The notes under the pieces were generated by a model, which saw nothing but the letters and a program-made list of their open reading frames with translations, was not told where the DNA came from and searched no databases. From positions 27,499 through 91,498 of the IMG/VR virus record IMGVR_UViG_3300019776_000550: a stretch of 64,000 nucleotides of DNA. One strand, written 5' to 3'. Shown here piece after piece: positions 1 through 9,874 of the stretch. The number at the start of each line of letters is the position of its first letter. Position 1 is the first letter of the stretch. A program made the position numbers and the translations under genes. Origin of the DNA: a virus.

Positions 1-344
1 ATACTTTTTTCAGTTGCAAAATAAACATACTTTTCATCTACAACGTGGTTATCATTTACCCAATATTCTTTTAATAAATATCTATCCCATTCACTACTTA
101 ATACTTTATTTTTAATTTCTTCCTTTTCCAACTCTTCAATTGGAATATTAGTAAGAATAGATATAATTTGTTTAAGTTTAGTTCCAAACTGTTTTATTGT
201 CCAATCACTTGAATAATCAGAGGTGTAATGCCAATGTGGAACATTACTGTTTGAAATCTTTTTCTTATTTATAATAAGACTTTGAATTATTTCACCAACA
301 GTATCTTTACCTGATTGTTTTTTACCACTTATTGCAATTATCAT
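1..344 (-). CDS. deoxynucleoside monophosphate kinase (runs off window start)
   Basis: Not in ORF track. Own translation from ATG at 344: MIIAISGKKQSGKDTVGEII...WTIKQFGTKLKQIISIL, the P-loop N-terminus of phage dNMP kinases. Confidence 0.8.
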   Translation of the reverse strand, partial: MIIAISGKKQSGKDTVGEIIQSLIINKKKISNSNVPHWHYTSDYSSDWTIKQFGTKLKQIISILTNIPIEELEKEEIKNKVLSSEWDRYLLKEYWVNDNHVVDEKYVYFATEKS

Positions 345-598
345 AGTTTTATTTTGTTTAACATTTCTTTAAATGCTTTGAAAGCTTCTTCTTTTGTTTC
401 ATAAACATCAGTAAAATCATTCCATTCACATTCATCTTCGTTATTAGGGTAATAATCCTTTACTAAATATAAAGTTTTGCCTTTGCTAATTACAATTTCA
501 ACAATAGAAACCCTGTTTATAGAAACAGGGTAACTATTATGTTTGTTAATTGCATAGACTACATCACCAATAAGACCTTTTACATTAATTGTTTTCAT
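341..598 (-). CDS. hypothetical protein
   Basis: ORF track 341..694; likely start MKTINV at 598, overlapping the upstream gene end. Confidence 0.6.
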   Translation of the reverse strand: MKTINVKGLIGDVVYAINKHNSYPVSINRVSIVEIVISKGKTLYLVKDYYPNNEDECEWNDFTDVYETKEEAFKAFKEMLNKIKL

Positions 599-857
599 AA
601 ATTTGATTAGTCCAAATGCATTCTTGAAATTCATTACCTTCGTAAACTTCAACTGTAGGTTGATTGTTGTTTTCATTAGGATATAAATACTCATCAGCCT
701 CTGATAAGTATTCTAATTCTTCAAATTCTGATTCATAACATAAATCAAAAGGAAATGTATTTTCTTTTAACTTTTGTATTAAATCTTGCATGTTGGCATC
801 ATCATTAAAATGCAGTCTTTGCCAAGTTGTTATTTTAACATCTATATACTTATTCAT
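585..857 (-). CDS. hypothetical acidic protein
   Basis: ORF tightly packed in the minus-strand operon. Confidence 0.65.
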   Translation of the reverse strand: MNKYIDVKITTWQRLHFNDDANMQDLIQKLKENTFPFDLCYESEFEELEYLSEADEYLYPNENNNQPTVEVYEGNEFQECIWTNQIYENN

Positions 858-1143
858 AACCTTTTACATATTGTTTTAAAAATTCATGTACTTCTTCAAC
901 TGTATAATAAGAAGGTGTCCAACTATGTTTATGATAATCATCATAAACAAAGTCTTCTATATATACACTAAATTTTGTTGTTGTAAGTGATTCAATTTCA
1001 TTTTCATCAAGTGTTTCATTATAAAAATGTCCACTGTATCCAATTTGTTTTTCAGCAACAATATGTTTATCAGGAAATAAAAGTCTTAATTTATTTACAA
1101 TTGATGACATACTTAAAATCGATGATATACTTGCTTGTTCCAT
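850..1143 (-). CDS. hypothetical protein
   Basis: ORF with A-rich leader. Confidence 0.65.
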   Translation of the reverse strand: MEQASISSILSMSSIVNKLRLLFPDKHIVAEKQIGYSGHFYNETLDENEIESLTTTKFSVYIEDFVYDDYHKHSWTPSYYTVEEVHEFLKQYVKGYE

Positions 1144-1180
1144 TTTGATAGTTGTTTTAAAGTTTATAATATGAAATAAA

Positions 1181-1213
1181 AAATACCTATAAACTAAAAG
1201 TAAATAGGTATTT
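1181..1213 (-). terminator. intergenic hairpin, possible terminator
   Basis: AAATACCTAT/ATAGGTATTT inverted repeat. Confidence 0.45.
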
Positions 1214-1238
1214 AATCAATAAAGTGACTTAATAAATT

Positions 1239-1793
1239 TTATTTTTCAAGTTCTCTTCTTTCAGAATCTAAATCTCTATTAAGAGCTGCTTTTTCTGTAA
1301 ATTTATCAGGGTATCTAACTCTTAATTTGTCAATGTTATTCTGTAGAGCCTTATCAGTGTTAATTTCAAGCACATTTTCACCAATATAAACCCAATGATT
1401 AAAAAGTGCATTTAGATTATTAGAAGTAATGGTTTTGTTATAATTAGTTTTTATTCTAATTTGTTGCATTTGTTTAAATGAAATTACAACATCCATCAAA
1501 ATCTCTTCTATTGGGCAATTAACATAATGTTCTGCTAAATGATAATCTTCAAAGTTTAACAATACACCTGTTCTACAAGCTTCATTAGCTAAATACCAAG
1601 CTACATCAGCCCATTCTTCTGAAAGATTTACTTTATCAATTGGTTTATCATAAGCTAAATTCTTTTTATAAATGTCAATAATTTCACCTATTTCAGTAAT
1701 AACACCCATCATCATGTGACGAGCATTACTATTTTCTTCATAAAGACTTTTAAAAGTCCTATTAGCTAAGTTTTGATATTCGATGTAATTCAT
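1239..1793 (-). CDS. mazG: MazG-like nucleotide pyrophosphohydrolase
   Basis: GVITEIGEIIDIYKK...EEWADVAWYLA and NIDKLRVRYPDKF motifs. Confidence 0.85.
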   Translation of the reverse strand: MNYIEYQNLANRTFKSLYEENSNARHMMMGVITEIGEIIDIYKKNLAYDKPIDKVNLSEEWADVAWYLANEACRTGVLLNFEDYHLAEHYVNCPIEEILMDVVISFKQMQQIRIKTNYNKTITSNNLNALFNHWVYIGENVLEINTDKALQNNIDKLRVRYPDKFTEKAALNRDLDSERRELEK

Positions 1794-2179
1794 ATTAACT
1801 TTAGTTTGTTTTTCATTATATATTCAAAAATAGCAGGTTCTCTTTTGATTAATTGAACTTGCAAATAACTTTCTAAATAATCAGTAAGAAAAAGAACTTT
1901 ATCTTCTTCATCATGATTCTTTAGAAAATCAATAATGTCAACATCAATATCATATACTGGTTCTAATTCTTCAATTATACAGTTTGTTATTAATAAATCC
2001 ATTATCTCGTTGTAATACTTTTCAGTAGTACTATGTTCATTTGTATAAACATTTTTAGCTAATTGACCAATGTTAACAGTAATCTTAACATGAATTTTTT
2101 TCTTCTTGTTGTGAAACTGTTTTTCTGACAACTCTTTGAATGATGATTTAAGATTTTTGTATCTTTCTTCTATATTCAT
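1790..2179 (-). CDS. hypothetical protein
   Basis: ORF with ATGA overlap. Confidence 0.65.
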   Translation of the reverse strand: MNIEERYKNLKSSFKELSEKQFHNKKKKIHVKITVNIGQLAKNVYTNEHSTTEKYYNEIMDLLITNCIIEELEPVYDIDVDIIDFLKNHDEEDKVLFLTDYLESYLQVQLIKREPAIFEYIMKNKLKLI

Positions 2180-2183
2180 TATG

Positions 2184-2951
2184 TTATTCTTTTAACAAGT
2201 CAAAGTTAATTTCATTTAGCACTTCTTCTTCTGACCAAATTTTCACAACATTATCTTTTGCAATGTTGTTGTTATTTAATCTATGATTTTTAAATGCTGT
2301 ATCATGGTTTGAATAACCTCCTGACATATGATGAACTCCATTATTCCATTCATATATATAAGTAGCAGGTAGTTCTTTATCTACAATAATACCAGTAGAG
2401 CTTAAGCTTTTAATTAATCCTTCTTCGGGATATTGACTAGGTTCTTCAAATCCATTTAATAATAAAAACTTACTATCAATAAACCAACTACCTTCAAAAG
2501 TGTTAGATTCTAAAGTAGTTTTTTTACTTACACCATCACGATATATGGATTGAAAAGGTTTATATATCTCACCTCTAAAAGAATTACATGCGTTTAGATG
2601 ATTGTGCAAATACATATCATCATCTTGCCATAAACTTACTACATCTGATTGTTTTATATAATTTTGAAAATAATACAAACCATCATTATATATTTCTCCT
2701 AGATTATCATAATGATTTTCTGTATAAAGTGATATATGATTATTCCATAAAATAATATTATCTTCATACATAATTGAATCACCATCATTACGAATCTTTT
2801 TTAGCTCTAATTCAATATAATTAGGGCTGTTATTATATATACAAAGAGTTTTGTTAAGATAGTCTTGCATTAACCAACATCTAATACTTCTACCAAGAAG
2901 ATGAGGTCTATTATAAGTGTATAATAAAGCTACATGTTTACGATTCTCCAT
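2184..2951 (-). CDS. glycosyltransferase family 2-like (GT-A fold)
   Basis: TYNRPHLLGRSIRCWLMQDY N-terminus, LGEIYNDG, and WQDDDMY DxD-type motif. Confidence 0.75.
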   Translation of the reverse strand: MENRKHVALLYTYNRPHLLGRSIRCWLMQDYLNKTLCIYNNSPNYIELELKKIRNDGDSIMYEDNIILWNNHISLYTENHYDNLGEIYNDGLYYFQNYIKQSDVVSLWQDDDMYLHNHLNACNSFRGEIYKPFQSIYRDGVSKKTTLESNTFEGSWFIDSKFLLLNGFEEPSQYPEEGLIKSLSSTGIIVDKELPATYIYEWNNGVHHMSGGYSNHDTAFKNHRLNNNNIAKDNVVKIWSEEEVLNEINFDLLKE

Positions 2952-2981
2952 ATTTCCTAACGGGTTGTAGTAAGTTGTAAA

Positions 2982-3134
2982 TTATTCATTAGTTACAATA
3001 GTTATTAAATGCTTTTTATCACCTTCAATTCTATCAAGAGTTGATTTAAGAATTTTTAATTGTTTAAAACCTTTACCTTTTAAAGGTATTTTACAATTAA
3101 CATGAGTTCCTGTAACTTTGATGTACTTATTCAT
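2982..3134 (-). CDS. small basic hypothetical protein (50 aa)
   Basis: Own translation MNKYIKVTGTHVNCKIPLKGKG...VTNE*; TAATG coupling to the upstream gene. Confidence 0.5.
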   Translation of the reverse strand: MNKYIKVTGTHVNCKIPLKGKGFKQLKILKSTLDRIEGDKKHLITIVTNE

Positions 3135-3958
3135 TAGTTTAATAATGAAATATCTTTAACAAACACTTTTTGAAGAAGCATTACTTTAGTACTTTCAGTA
3201 AGAATGTTACTCTTTTTAATAGATTCAGTAACGCTGTTATACATATTCCAAACAGTTGTTTCATCATTTACAATACTATAACGTGATGAAGAATCCATTA
3301 AAGAACTAATAGCATCAGAAACTGGATTAATACCAAGTTCTTTATTCTTTTTAGCAAAGAACAAAAGTTCACCAGCAAGTTCATAAATTTGATTTTTATT
3401 AAGTTTCTGTTCATACATGTATTCAGCTACACGCTTATACTTTTGAACATCACCTAATGAATTATCAATATATCTTACTGTATCATCATAAACTCTATGA
3501 TAATTACCTGTAATTGATAATGAAGTAATATTATCAGCTCCAAAAATACATCCGTTGCTACAGTATGTAATTCGTTTACCTTTGTAAAGACGCATTTCAG
3601 GTTTTAATGAATTGAGATTATAAACTAATCCAATTTCACCTGTCATATCACGAAACAAAGAATCAATATCAGGAACTACACTAAAAGATTCAGGAAGTTT
3701 AGCTTTAGCAAGTATTGTACCATAGGCTACATTTTGAATACCTTCTGCATCTACATTAAGTTCTCCTGTTGACAATGTTTTTTCAGCATTAATAACTTTA
3801 TCATCTGCTTGAAAAGTCCATTCAACTGGAATATCTTGGAATTTATTAAGAAACGGTTCTAAATAATCCATAGGATGTTTAAAACGCAAGGTTTCTGATT
3901 TAGGGTGTACAAAGATTTTAGATTCCTCTAATTGCGAAAGTGTTAGTAAGTCTGCCAT
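3134..3958 (-). CDS. DUF932-like protein
   Basis: CSNGCIFG and TVWNMYNSVTE motifs as in DUF932-type proteins of crAss-like phages. Confidence 0.55.
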   Translation of the reverse strand: MADLLTLSQLEESKIFVHPKSETLRFKHPMDYLEPFLNKFQDIPVEWTFQADDKVINAEKTLSTGELNVDAEGIQNVAYGTILAKAKLPESFSVVPDIDSLFRDMTGEIGLVYNLNSLKPEMRLYKGKRITYCSNGCIFGADNITSLSITGNYHRVYDDTVRYIDNSLGDVQKYKRVAEYMYEQKLNKNQIYELAGELLFFAKKNKELGINPVSDAISSLMDSSSRYSIVNDETTVWNMYNSVTESIKKSNILTESTKVMLLQKVFVKDISLLN

Positions 3959-3981
3959 TTTTTATTGATATTTAAGATTTG

Positions 3982-4015
3982 AAAAAAAAATAGAGTGCCT
4001 TTTAAAGACACTCTA
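3982..4015 (-). terminator. rho-independent terminator
   Basis: TAGAGTG/CACTCTA stem followed by U9 on minus strand. Confidence 0.7.
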
Positions 4016-4049
4016 AATTATAAATAAAAAATTTAATTTGCAAGTAAAA

Positions 4050-4331
4050 TTATTTAATTCTTTTGATTACAAGTTGTCTCTTTGTGGTATCAACTTCCTT
4101 GTATATAATCGTACTTACTTTAAAATCAGAAGTAAGTTTAGATTGAACATATAATTTTGACCTCATGTGATTAGTAGGATTTTTAACTAATATCTTTTGA
4201 CCTACATTAAGTTTTTCAGATGCTTTGATTGCTAAATCAAGTCTACTTGTGTCAAAAGATACAAAGTCACCTACAAAAATTCCTTGTTCAGCTAGTTCAG
4301 CTAATTCTTCTTGTGTTAATTGATTATCCAT
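4050..4331 (-). CDS. hypothetical protein
   Basis: ORF. Confidence 0.6.
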   Translation of the reverse strand: MDNQLTQEELAELAEQGIFVGDFVSFDTSRLDLAIKASEKLNVGQKILVKNPTNHMRSKLYVQSKLTSDFKVSTIIYKEVDTTKRQLVIKRIK

Positions 4332-5296
4332 TTGATTGGTTGATTAAAAATATTTAAGATTTCATTTGTTTTTCTAAATACTCCTTCATGTTCCCAAGCA
4401 CGTTGTTCATAATTAGCTCTTGCAGGATGTTCGCAAGAAAGCGTAAAATGAAAAGTACTAATATACTTTTTAAAATATTGCGCTTTTGCCCCCATTAGGA
4501 TAAATACAACAGGTTGGGTTTGTCCATTTATAACCTCTATCACCTTTTGAATAAAAGGTTTCCATAATTCAGCATGTGAATTAGGTTCTCCTTTTCTAAC
4601 AGTCAAAGCAGAATTAAGAAGTAAAACACCTTGATTTGTTAAATGTGACAAAGAATTATCAAGATTAGCTGTTTCATCATAATCAAAATCAGCTTTTATT
4701 GCTTTTTCAATTAGTTGCAAAGAAACTGGTTTTTGTGATTTATGTGTAGCAAATGCAATACCTGTAGCATTATCATTGGGATAAGGGTCTTGAGCTAATA
4801 TAACTGCTTTTATTTTAGTAATATCTAACTCAAAAGATTTAAATACATTTTCTCTTGCAGGATGTACAGTATATGCATTTCTTTCAAGATTATTACATTT
4901 GTAATTAAGTTCTTTGAACCATTCTGTATTCAAAACTTCTCTCAATTCATTAAACCAAGACCAATGAAAACGTTTTAAAATTGCAGTTTCCCAAGTATTA
5001 ACATCTGGATTTGAGTTAATATTACTGTTATCAGGTTTAAAGATTAATCGATGATTTGAATAAACACCTTCTTGGTAATTAAATTTAGTATAAGGTACAA
5101 CCTCACTATCTAATTGTAAATCAAGAAATGTTTTTCTCATATTCAATCCTGTATTAGGATTATGAATAATAATATCTTTATCTTCTTTTTTTAATCTACC
5201 AACAACAGTACTTTTAATATAAAACTCACCTTTTTCAGAAATGTAATCAGGAACAAAAACACAATTATCAGACATCTTTAGTTTTAACTGTATCAT
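4316..5296 (-). CDS. ung: uracil-DNA glycosylase (family 1) with N-terminal extension
   Basis: VILAQDPYP, ATGIAF, QGVLLLNSALTV, SH, W.PF and EHPA motifs. Confidence 0.92.
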   Translation of the reverse strand: MIQLKLKMSDNCVFVPDYISEKGEFYIKSTVVGRLKKEDKDIIIHNPNTGLNMRKTFLDLQLDSEVVPYTKFNYQEGVYSNHRLIFKPDNSNINSNPDVNTWETAILKRFHWSWFNELREVLNTEWFKELNYKCNNLERNAYTVHPARENVFKSFELDITKIKAVILAQDPYPNDNATGIAFATHKSQKPVSLQLIEKAIKADFDYDETANLDNSLSHLTNQGVLLLNSALTVRKGEPNSHAELWKPFIQKVIEVINGQTQPVVFILMGAKAQYFKKYISTFHFTLSCEHPARANYEQRAWEHEGVFRKTNEILNIFNQPIKWIIN

Positions 5297-5789
5297 TTAG
5301 CTTGTTTGTTTCAAAAAAGTTAAAAAGATTTTCACTTTGTGATTTAGTAAGAGTTCCTGAATTGCAAAGGTTAAAAGCATTTGTTAAAATACTTTTATAT
5401 TTAGACAAAGCTTGTTTAGATGGTTGGTCAGCAAAACTTTTACCTTCTGCAAATTCTTCAAATTTCATTCTAGTCTTAGCAATATCAGTTAATTCTTCTT
5501 TTACTTCACCAAAAAAGTCTGTTACAGTGTCAACTTGCTTCCCAAGAGAATCAAGTTTTTGTGATAAAATGAAGTTATTTTTATCAGATTCAGCTAATTT
5601 AAGATTTAATTCAGCTTTAACAGCATCAGCTAATGATAATTCATTAGTTAAATACTCAACATCCCTTGCTAGATTTTCAACATCATTAGATTTTATTTTT
5701 GTTAATATAAACATTAGTATTAACAATATAGTGTAAGCTATAATAATAATCAATATGGTATGTGGTTGAATAACTGCTAAATTTAACAT
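5268..5789 (-). CDS. membrane-anchored coiled-coil protein
   Basis: N-terminal hydrophobic helix followed by a heptad-rich region. Confidence 0.6.
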   Translation of the reverse strand: MLNLAVIQPHTILIIIIAYTILLILMFILTKIKSNDVENLARDVEYLTNELSLADAVKAELNLKLAESDKNNFILSQKLDSLGKQVDTVTDFFGEVKEELTDIAKTRMKFEEFAEGKSFADQPSKQALSKYKSILTNAFNLCNSGTLTKSQSENLFNFFETNKLNDTVKTKDV

Positions 5790-5882
5790 TTGTTTATTTG
5801 TTTTAATTGTTTAAAAGATAAATTAACAAAATAGCAACTCAACAAAGTCAAGTTGCTATCTGACAATTGAACTCTCTGAAAC

Positions 5883-6437
5883 CTACCTAATAGTAAGATG
5901 TTGACTTTCAACAAGTTCAGCACCTACTATATCAACTCCCTGTTGAATTTCTTTCTTAATTTCAGTTTTGTTTACTTCTTTTTTGAAAGCTGTAGCATCA
6001 ATATTAAGTAATGAAGAAACAGCATTTGCATCATTTAAATCAAGTTTTGTAGATAATGTAAATCTACAAAATTTCGGATTAATCAAAGCTTCATCAACTT
6101 TAACACTTACAGACTTACCAATAGATAAACTAAAATCATCTACTTTAGCTTTACCTCCTCTTAATTGTAAGGAGTGCATTAAATAAGTTTTCAATCTACT
6201 AATTGTATTATCAGTAGCTTGATTCTTTTGTTTAAGTCTGTCAATTTCTGATTTACGAAGTTCAATAACTTGTTCTAAATTCTTAATAACCCATACATAA
6301 TCATTTGCTTTATCATTAAACTCGGATTGATTAATAGTAAGAATTTCATCAAGTTCGTCTGTTAACTCACCTTCATTTTCAATTAATTGTTGAAATGCAG
6401 TTTGTAAGTCTTTGTCAATCTCCCAAAGTGTCTTCAT
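5883..6437 (-). CDS. Siphovirus Gp157 family protein
   Basis: MKTLWEI...IKNLE...EIDRL...RLK.YL...K.EIKKEIQQGVDIVGAELVESQHLTIR pattern. Confidence 0.85.
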   Translation of the reverse strand: MKTLWEIDKDLQTAFQQLIENEGELTDELDEILTINQSEFNDKANDYVWVIKNLEQVIELRKSEIDRLKQKNQATDNTISRLKTYLMHSLQLRGGKAKVDDFSLSIGKSVSVKVDEALINPKFCRFTLSTKLDLNDANAVSSLLNIDATAFKKEVNKTEIKKEIQQGVDIVGAELVESQHLTIR

Positions 6438-7092
6438 AAGATTTGTATTTATAAATGTTAATAATAAGTTTTCGGTAATTTGAAACTGAATTTGGGTTGT
6501 TAGAAATTACAATTTCATGTTCAATTCTTTTAATGCAATGAACATTATCATTGAGTATAAATCCAACAGGATTTTTTTCTACTACCCCACGTTCAGTAAA
6601 TTCATGTTCTTGTATTACATCTAAAAATGTTTTTTCGTAATACTGTTTGTAATTATCTAAATCATCAATATTAGATTTTGTAGGAGCTACATCATCTAAA
6701 GTTGTGAAATAAATAAATTCTATTCTAATAGGTTCATTTATAATAGCAGAAGGTTTAAGACTTTTCTTAAAATAATCTTTAAGGTATCTTTTGATTGCTA
6801 TATAATTACCTAAATCCATTTGACTTTTTTTACTATTACCTTTAGTATGAAGCCCTTGTCCTGCAATTTTTAAAAAGCGTTGTGTACCAGCTTCTTTTGC
6901 ATTGCTTAAAATAGGTTCATAAGTAGACAAATCTACTAAAACACCTTTTTTATTAAAATCACAAGTATAACCAATTTCATTAGTTAACTTCTTAGGTATT
7001 TTTTTAGAAGATTTAGTGTAATACTTTGCTCTTATTATTCCTTTAGGAACATATCTTGGATAATCATGAAATACAAATTGTCGTAGTAGCAT
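6415..7092 (-). CDS. RusA-like Holliday junction resolvase
   Basis: DLDNY...KTFLDVI...GFILNDN acidic motif spacing of RusA. Confidence 0.6.
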   Translation of the reverse strand: MLLRQFVFHDYPRYVPKGIIRAKYYTKSSKKIPKKLTNEIGYTCDFNKKGVLVDLSTYEPILSNAKEAGTQRFLKIAGQGLHTKGNSKKSQMDLGNYIAIKRYLKDYFKKSLKPSAIINEPIRIEFIYFTTLDDVAPTKSNIDDLDNYKQYYEKTFLDVIQEHEFTERGVVEKNPVGFILNDNVHCIKRIEHEIVISNNPNSVSNYRKLIINIYKYKSYEDTLGD

Positions 7093-7093
7093 A

Positions 7094-7285
7094 TTAATCT
7101 AAATAAATTTCTTTAACATCTCCATTGTAAACAATTGATGTAACAGTTCCAAAAATATCAATTGAATCTTTAGATTCAAACCAGTAAGACACATTAAGTT
7201 CTTCGCCTACTCTTATAAGTTTAAGAATATCATAAAACTTAGTTGTGTGAGTGCGATACTCTTTATAAATTAGTTCAAATTTCAT
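7094..7285 (-). CDS. hypothetical protein
   Basis: ORF in operon. Confidence 0.55.
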   Translation of the reverse strand: MKFELIYKEYRTHTTKFYDILKLIRVGEELNVSYWFESKDSIDIFGTVTSIVYNGDVKEIYLD

Positions 7286-7479
7286 AATCTTGTTATAAAA
7301 TATCGCATTACGGTATGCAATTTACCTTTTTTAGTATCAATATCATAATTAGTTTCTTTGCCATGATAAGTATTAATAGTTCTTTTACCAACTATAACAC
7401 CTTCAACAGATTCAAGTTGACCTTTGTTTCCTTCAAAAACAGCGTCAACCATAACTTTTTGTCCTAGTTGTAGTTCCAT
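7282..7479 (-). CDS. hypothetical protein (SH3/KOW-like)
   Basis: ORF with LGQKVMV...GVIVG beta pattern. Confidence 0.55.
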   Translation of the reverse strand: MELQLGQKVMVDAVFEGNKGQLESVEGVIVGKRTINTYHGKETNYDIDTKKGKLHTVMRYFITRL

Positions 7480-7481
7480 TC

Positions 7482-7931
7482 TTAAATTGAGTTTTTAGTT
7501 AAAAAATCTATTACAAAATTTCGTTGATTATCAGGAAATGCATTATGTTTTTCATAATACAAAGACTGTCCAACAATGTCAGCATAAAGCAATAACTTTT
7601 CAAAATAATAATTATGATGTAATTGTGATTGCATTATATTATATACTTCTAATTCACCTTTTAATGTAAATGGTAAATCATGTTGTATATGAATAGCATC
7701 ATGCCAAGCTCTAAAAGCCAAGTTTGTATCTTTATTTCCAAAGATTGTATTTTCACAATTCAAATCAGTTATTCCATAAACACCATTAGTTTTATAAAAT
7801 AACTTAATATCATCAAATGTTAATAAATCATTGTTTATAACATAAGGATATTTATATTTATTATCACTAATAAATTGATTTAATTTTTGTGAAAAAGACC
7901 AATCTGATTTATACTTTTTAAACTCTATCAT
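7482..7931 (-). CDS. conserved phage protein with NxxFRAWHDxxH motif
   Basis: NLAFRAWHDAIH...FTLKGE motif; possible metal site. Confidence 0.6.
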   Translation of the reverse strand: MIEFKKYKSDWSFSQKLNQFISDNKYKYPYVINNDLLTFDDIKLFYKTNGVYGITDLNCENTIFGNKDTNLAFRAWHDAIHIQHDLPFTLKGELEVYNIMQSQLHHNYYFEKLLLYADIVGQSLYYEKHNAFPDNQRNFVIDFLTKNSI

Positions 7932-8917
7932 AATAAGTGATGTTTATAATATTCAATTAAATCAGTAGTAGCATCTTTACCAAATTTACTTAAAAATTCA
8001 GTAAAATCTTTGCTTTCATCTTCGTTAAAGAGTAACGGAATTGTATTAAATTCTTGTTTATATTTAATTGATTGTCGTTTACCAGTCCAATCATTATCAA
8101 AAAGTGTAAATATCTGAACATCACCCATTAGCAACAATAAGGGAGGTATAACATCAGATGCTCTAATCTTTTCATTAATAATAAAACAAGAATTAATACC
8201 AAATAACCTTAAATAAAAGGCATCTTTTTTACTCTTTGTAATAACAACATACTCAAATTCAGTATTTAAAAATTCAAAATCACCATATTTAATACCAGTA
8301 GGATTAATAAACCTTCTTTGATGTTTGTCTTTCAAAGGTGAATAAATTTGATATTTAAAAAGGTCACTTTCATCAGGAAAATAATAAGCAAATGTACATT
8401 TAAGATTATCATAAAATCTTTGTTCATTGTTAACATACTCCCAATAACATTCAATACTAAAAATACTATTGTCTTGAAGTACTTTATACGAAACATCTAA
8501 TCCTCCAATATTCCAAAAATCTAAATCTCGTTTAGAAAAATGTTTTCTTTTAATTCTTAAACCATATTTAGCTTTTACAGAAAGTAATTCTTTTCTAGCT
8601 TCAACAACTTTAGTATTTTTAATTAAACCAAAATCATTAGCTATAATCTCAAGAGCTTTGATAAAAGAAACTCCATATTTTTGTTTGACAACATCAAAAC
8701 AGTCAAATTGTCGCCAAGCAAAATCATTGAATATCAATCTGTTATCTGTATCTCTGACATAAAAAGAACATTTAGGAAAACTATCTTCTCTAAGTATGTT
8801 TGTATAAAACTTATTGAGAGATACACTAGATATTTCAAGATACCTTTCAAAAATATCAATTTCAGATACTTTAGAAAGTATATACTCTTTAGTGATTTCA
8901 AATTGAATTAATTTCAT
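7928..8917 (-). CDS. DNA primase (DnaG/TOPRIM, crAss type)
   Basis: ILSKVSEIDIF, LRED..P.C, FNDF, VITKSKKD, LFDNDWTG, KDFTE; start set to MKLIQ. Confidence 0.88.
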   Translation of the reverse strand: MKLIQFEITKEYILSKVSEIDIFERYLEISSVSLNKFYTNILREDSFPKCSFYVRDTDNRLIFNDFAWRQFDCFDVVKQKYGVSFIKALEIIANDFGLIKNTKVVEARKELLSVKAKYGLRIKRKHFSKRDLDFWNIGGLDVSYKVLQDNSIFSIECYWEYVNNEQRFYDNLKCTFAYYFPDESDLFKYQIYSPLKDKHQRRFINPTGIKYGDFEFLNTEFEYVVITKSKKDAFYLRLFGINSCFIINEKIRASDVIPPLLLLMGDVQIFTLFDNDWTGKRQSIKYKQEFNTIPLLFNEDESKDFTEFLSKFGKDATTDLIEYYKHHLL

Positions 8918-9195
8918 TTTGATACATAATCTAAATACCACACATTACCTATAATCTCTAATTTATATTTACCTTCTATCACATTACATGTTGTAGGTAT
9001 CCTATAATTATATCTATTAGGTTCTGTTGGATAATTTATAAAATACTTACCTTTATCATTAACAGTTAAATACAACTGTTTTTCATTAACTATGTAATAA
9101 ACAAAGGGTAAATCAGGATTAAAAGATGCGTATAATCTGTAAACATGACCTCCACCATCTTTAATTATTCTTAGAAAAACTTCATTATCTTCCAT
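8914..9195 (-). CDS. hypothetical protein
   Basis: ORF. Confidence 0.6.
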   Translation of the reverse strand: MEDNEVFLRIIKDGGGHVYRLYASFNPDLPFVYYIVNEKQLYLTVNDKGKYFINYPTEPNRYNYRIPTTCNVIEGKYKLEIIGNVWYLDYVSK

Positions 9196-9201
9196 AGTAA
9201 T

Positions 9202-9235
9202 AAAAAAAAAGGTGTAGAATTAACTACACCTTTTT
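9202..9235. terminator. bidirectional-type terminator
   Basis: A9-GGTGTAG-loop-CTACACC-T5. Confidence 0.75.
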
Positions 9236-9247
9236 GGAGTAAGTAAA

Positions 9248-9874
9248 TTAAATTAAATTGGTATTTGTTCTAGCAGCAGGTCTTTCACCATCAGGACTTT
9301 TGTCAGGACGTGTAAGTCTATTATAAGAAGGGTCAAGAGGAGAAAGTTCTCTTGTTTTATATTTGCTGCTAATTACATTTCCATAAGCTGGAAAATCAAT
9401 ATATCCTGTTTTAACAGAATAACCAATCATAATTTGAAATTCCATTTCTAGCAAATCAGATGCATAAAGTTGTTCACAAACTTCAAGAAAATCTTTAGCT
9501 CCATTAACATCAATATCATCTAACTTCTTATAGTTAGCATCTGTCATAAAACAACCAAAAATATGCTTTAGACGACTAAAGTTACCATTAATCATGTTAG
9601 CATATTTTGCATCTTCACTTCTATCCTTGCGATTAGCTTGAAGAAGTTTAGCTCCCTTTTCATATCGACTCATGTCAAATTTAAAAGGGTCTAACATACC
9701 CGTATTAAACTCATTGCCATCAGCATCTCTAAATGAAAAATTAATTTTAGCATATGCGTTACCATTACTACTTACAGCTTCTGTATATTCAGGTAGTCCT
9801 GCTAGAAATACTGTAACACCTTTTTCATTTGGTTGAATAAGACCACCTTGACCTTGAATATCTCCTAATTTCAT
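9248..9874 (-). CDS. putative single-stranded DNA-binding protein
   Basis: Lies between AAA ATPase and primase; SSNGNAYAKINFSF OB-like strand. Confidence 0.45.
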   Translation of the reverse strand: MKLGDIQGQGGLIQPNEKGVTVFLAGLPEYTEAVSSNGNAYAKINFSFRDADGNEFNTGMLDPFKFDMSRYEKGAKLLQANRKDRSEDAKYANMINGNFSRLKHIFGCFMTDANYKKLDDIDVNGAKDFLEVCEQLYASDLLEMEFQIMIGYSVKTGYIDFPAYGNVISSKYKTRELSPLDPSYNRLTRPDKSPDGERPAARTNTNLI

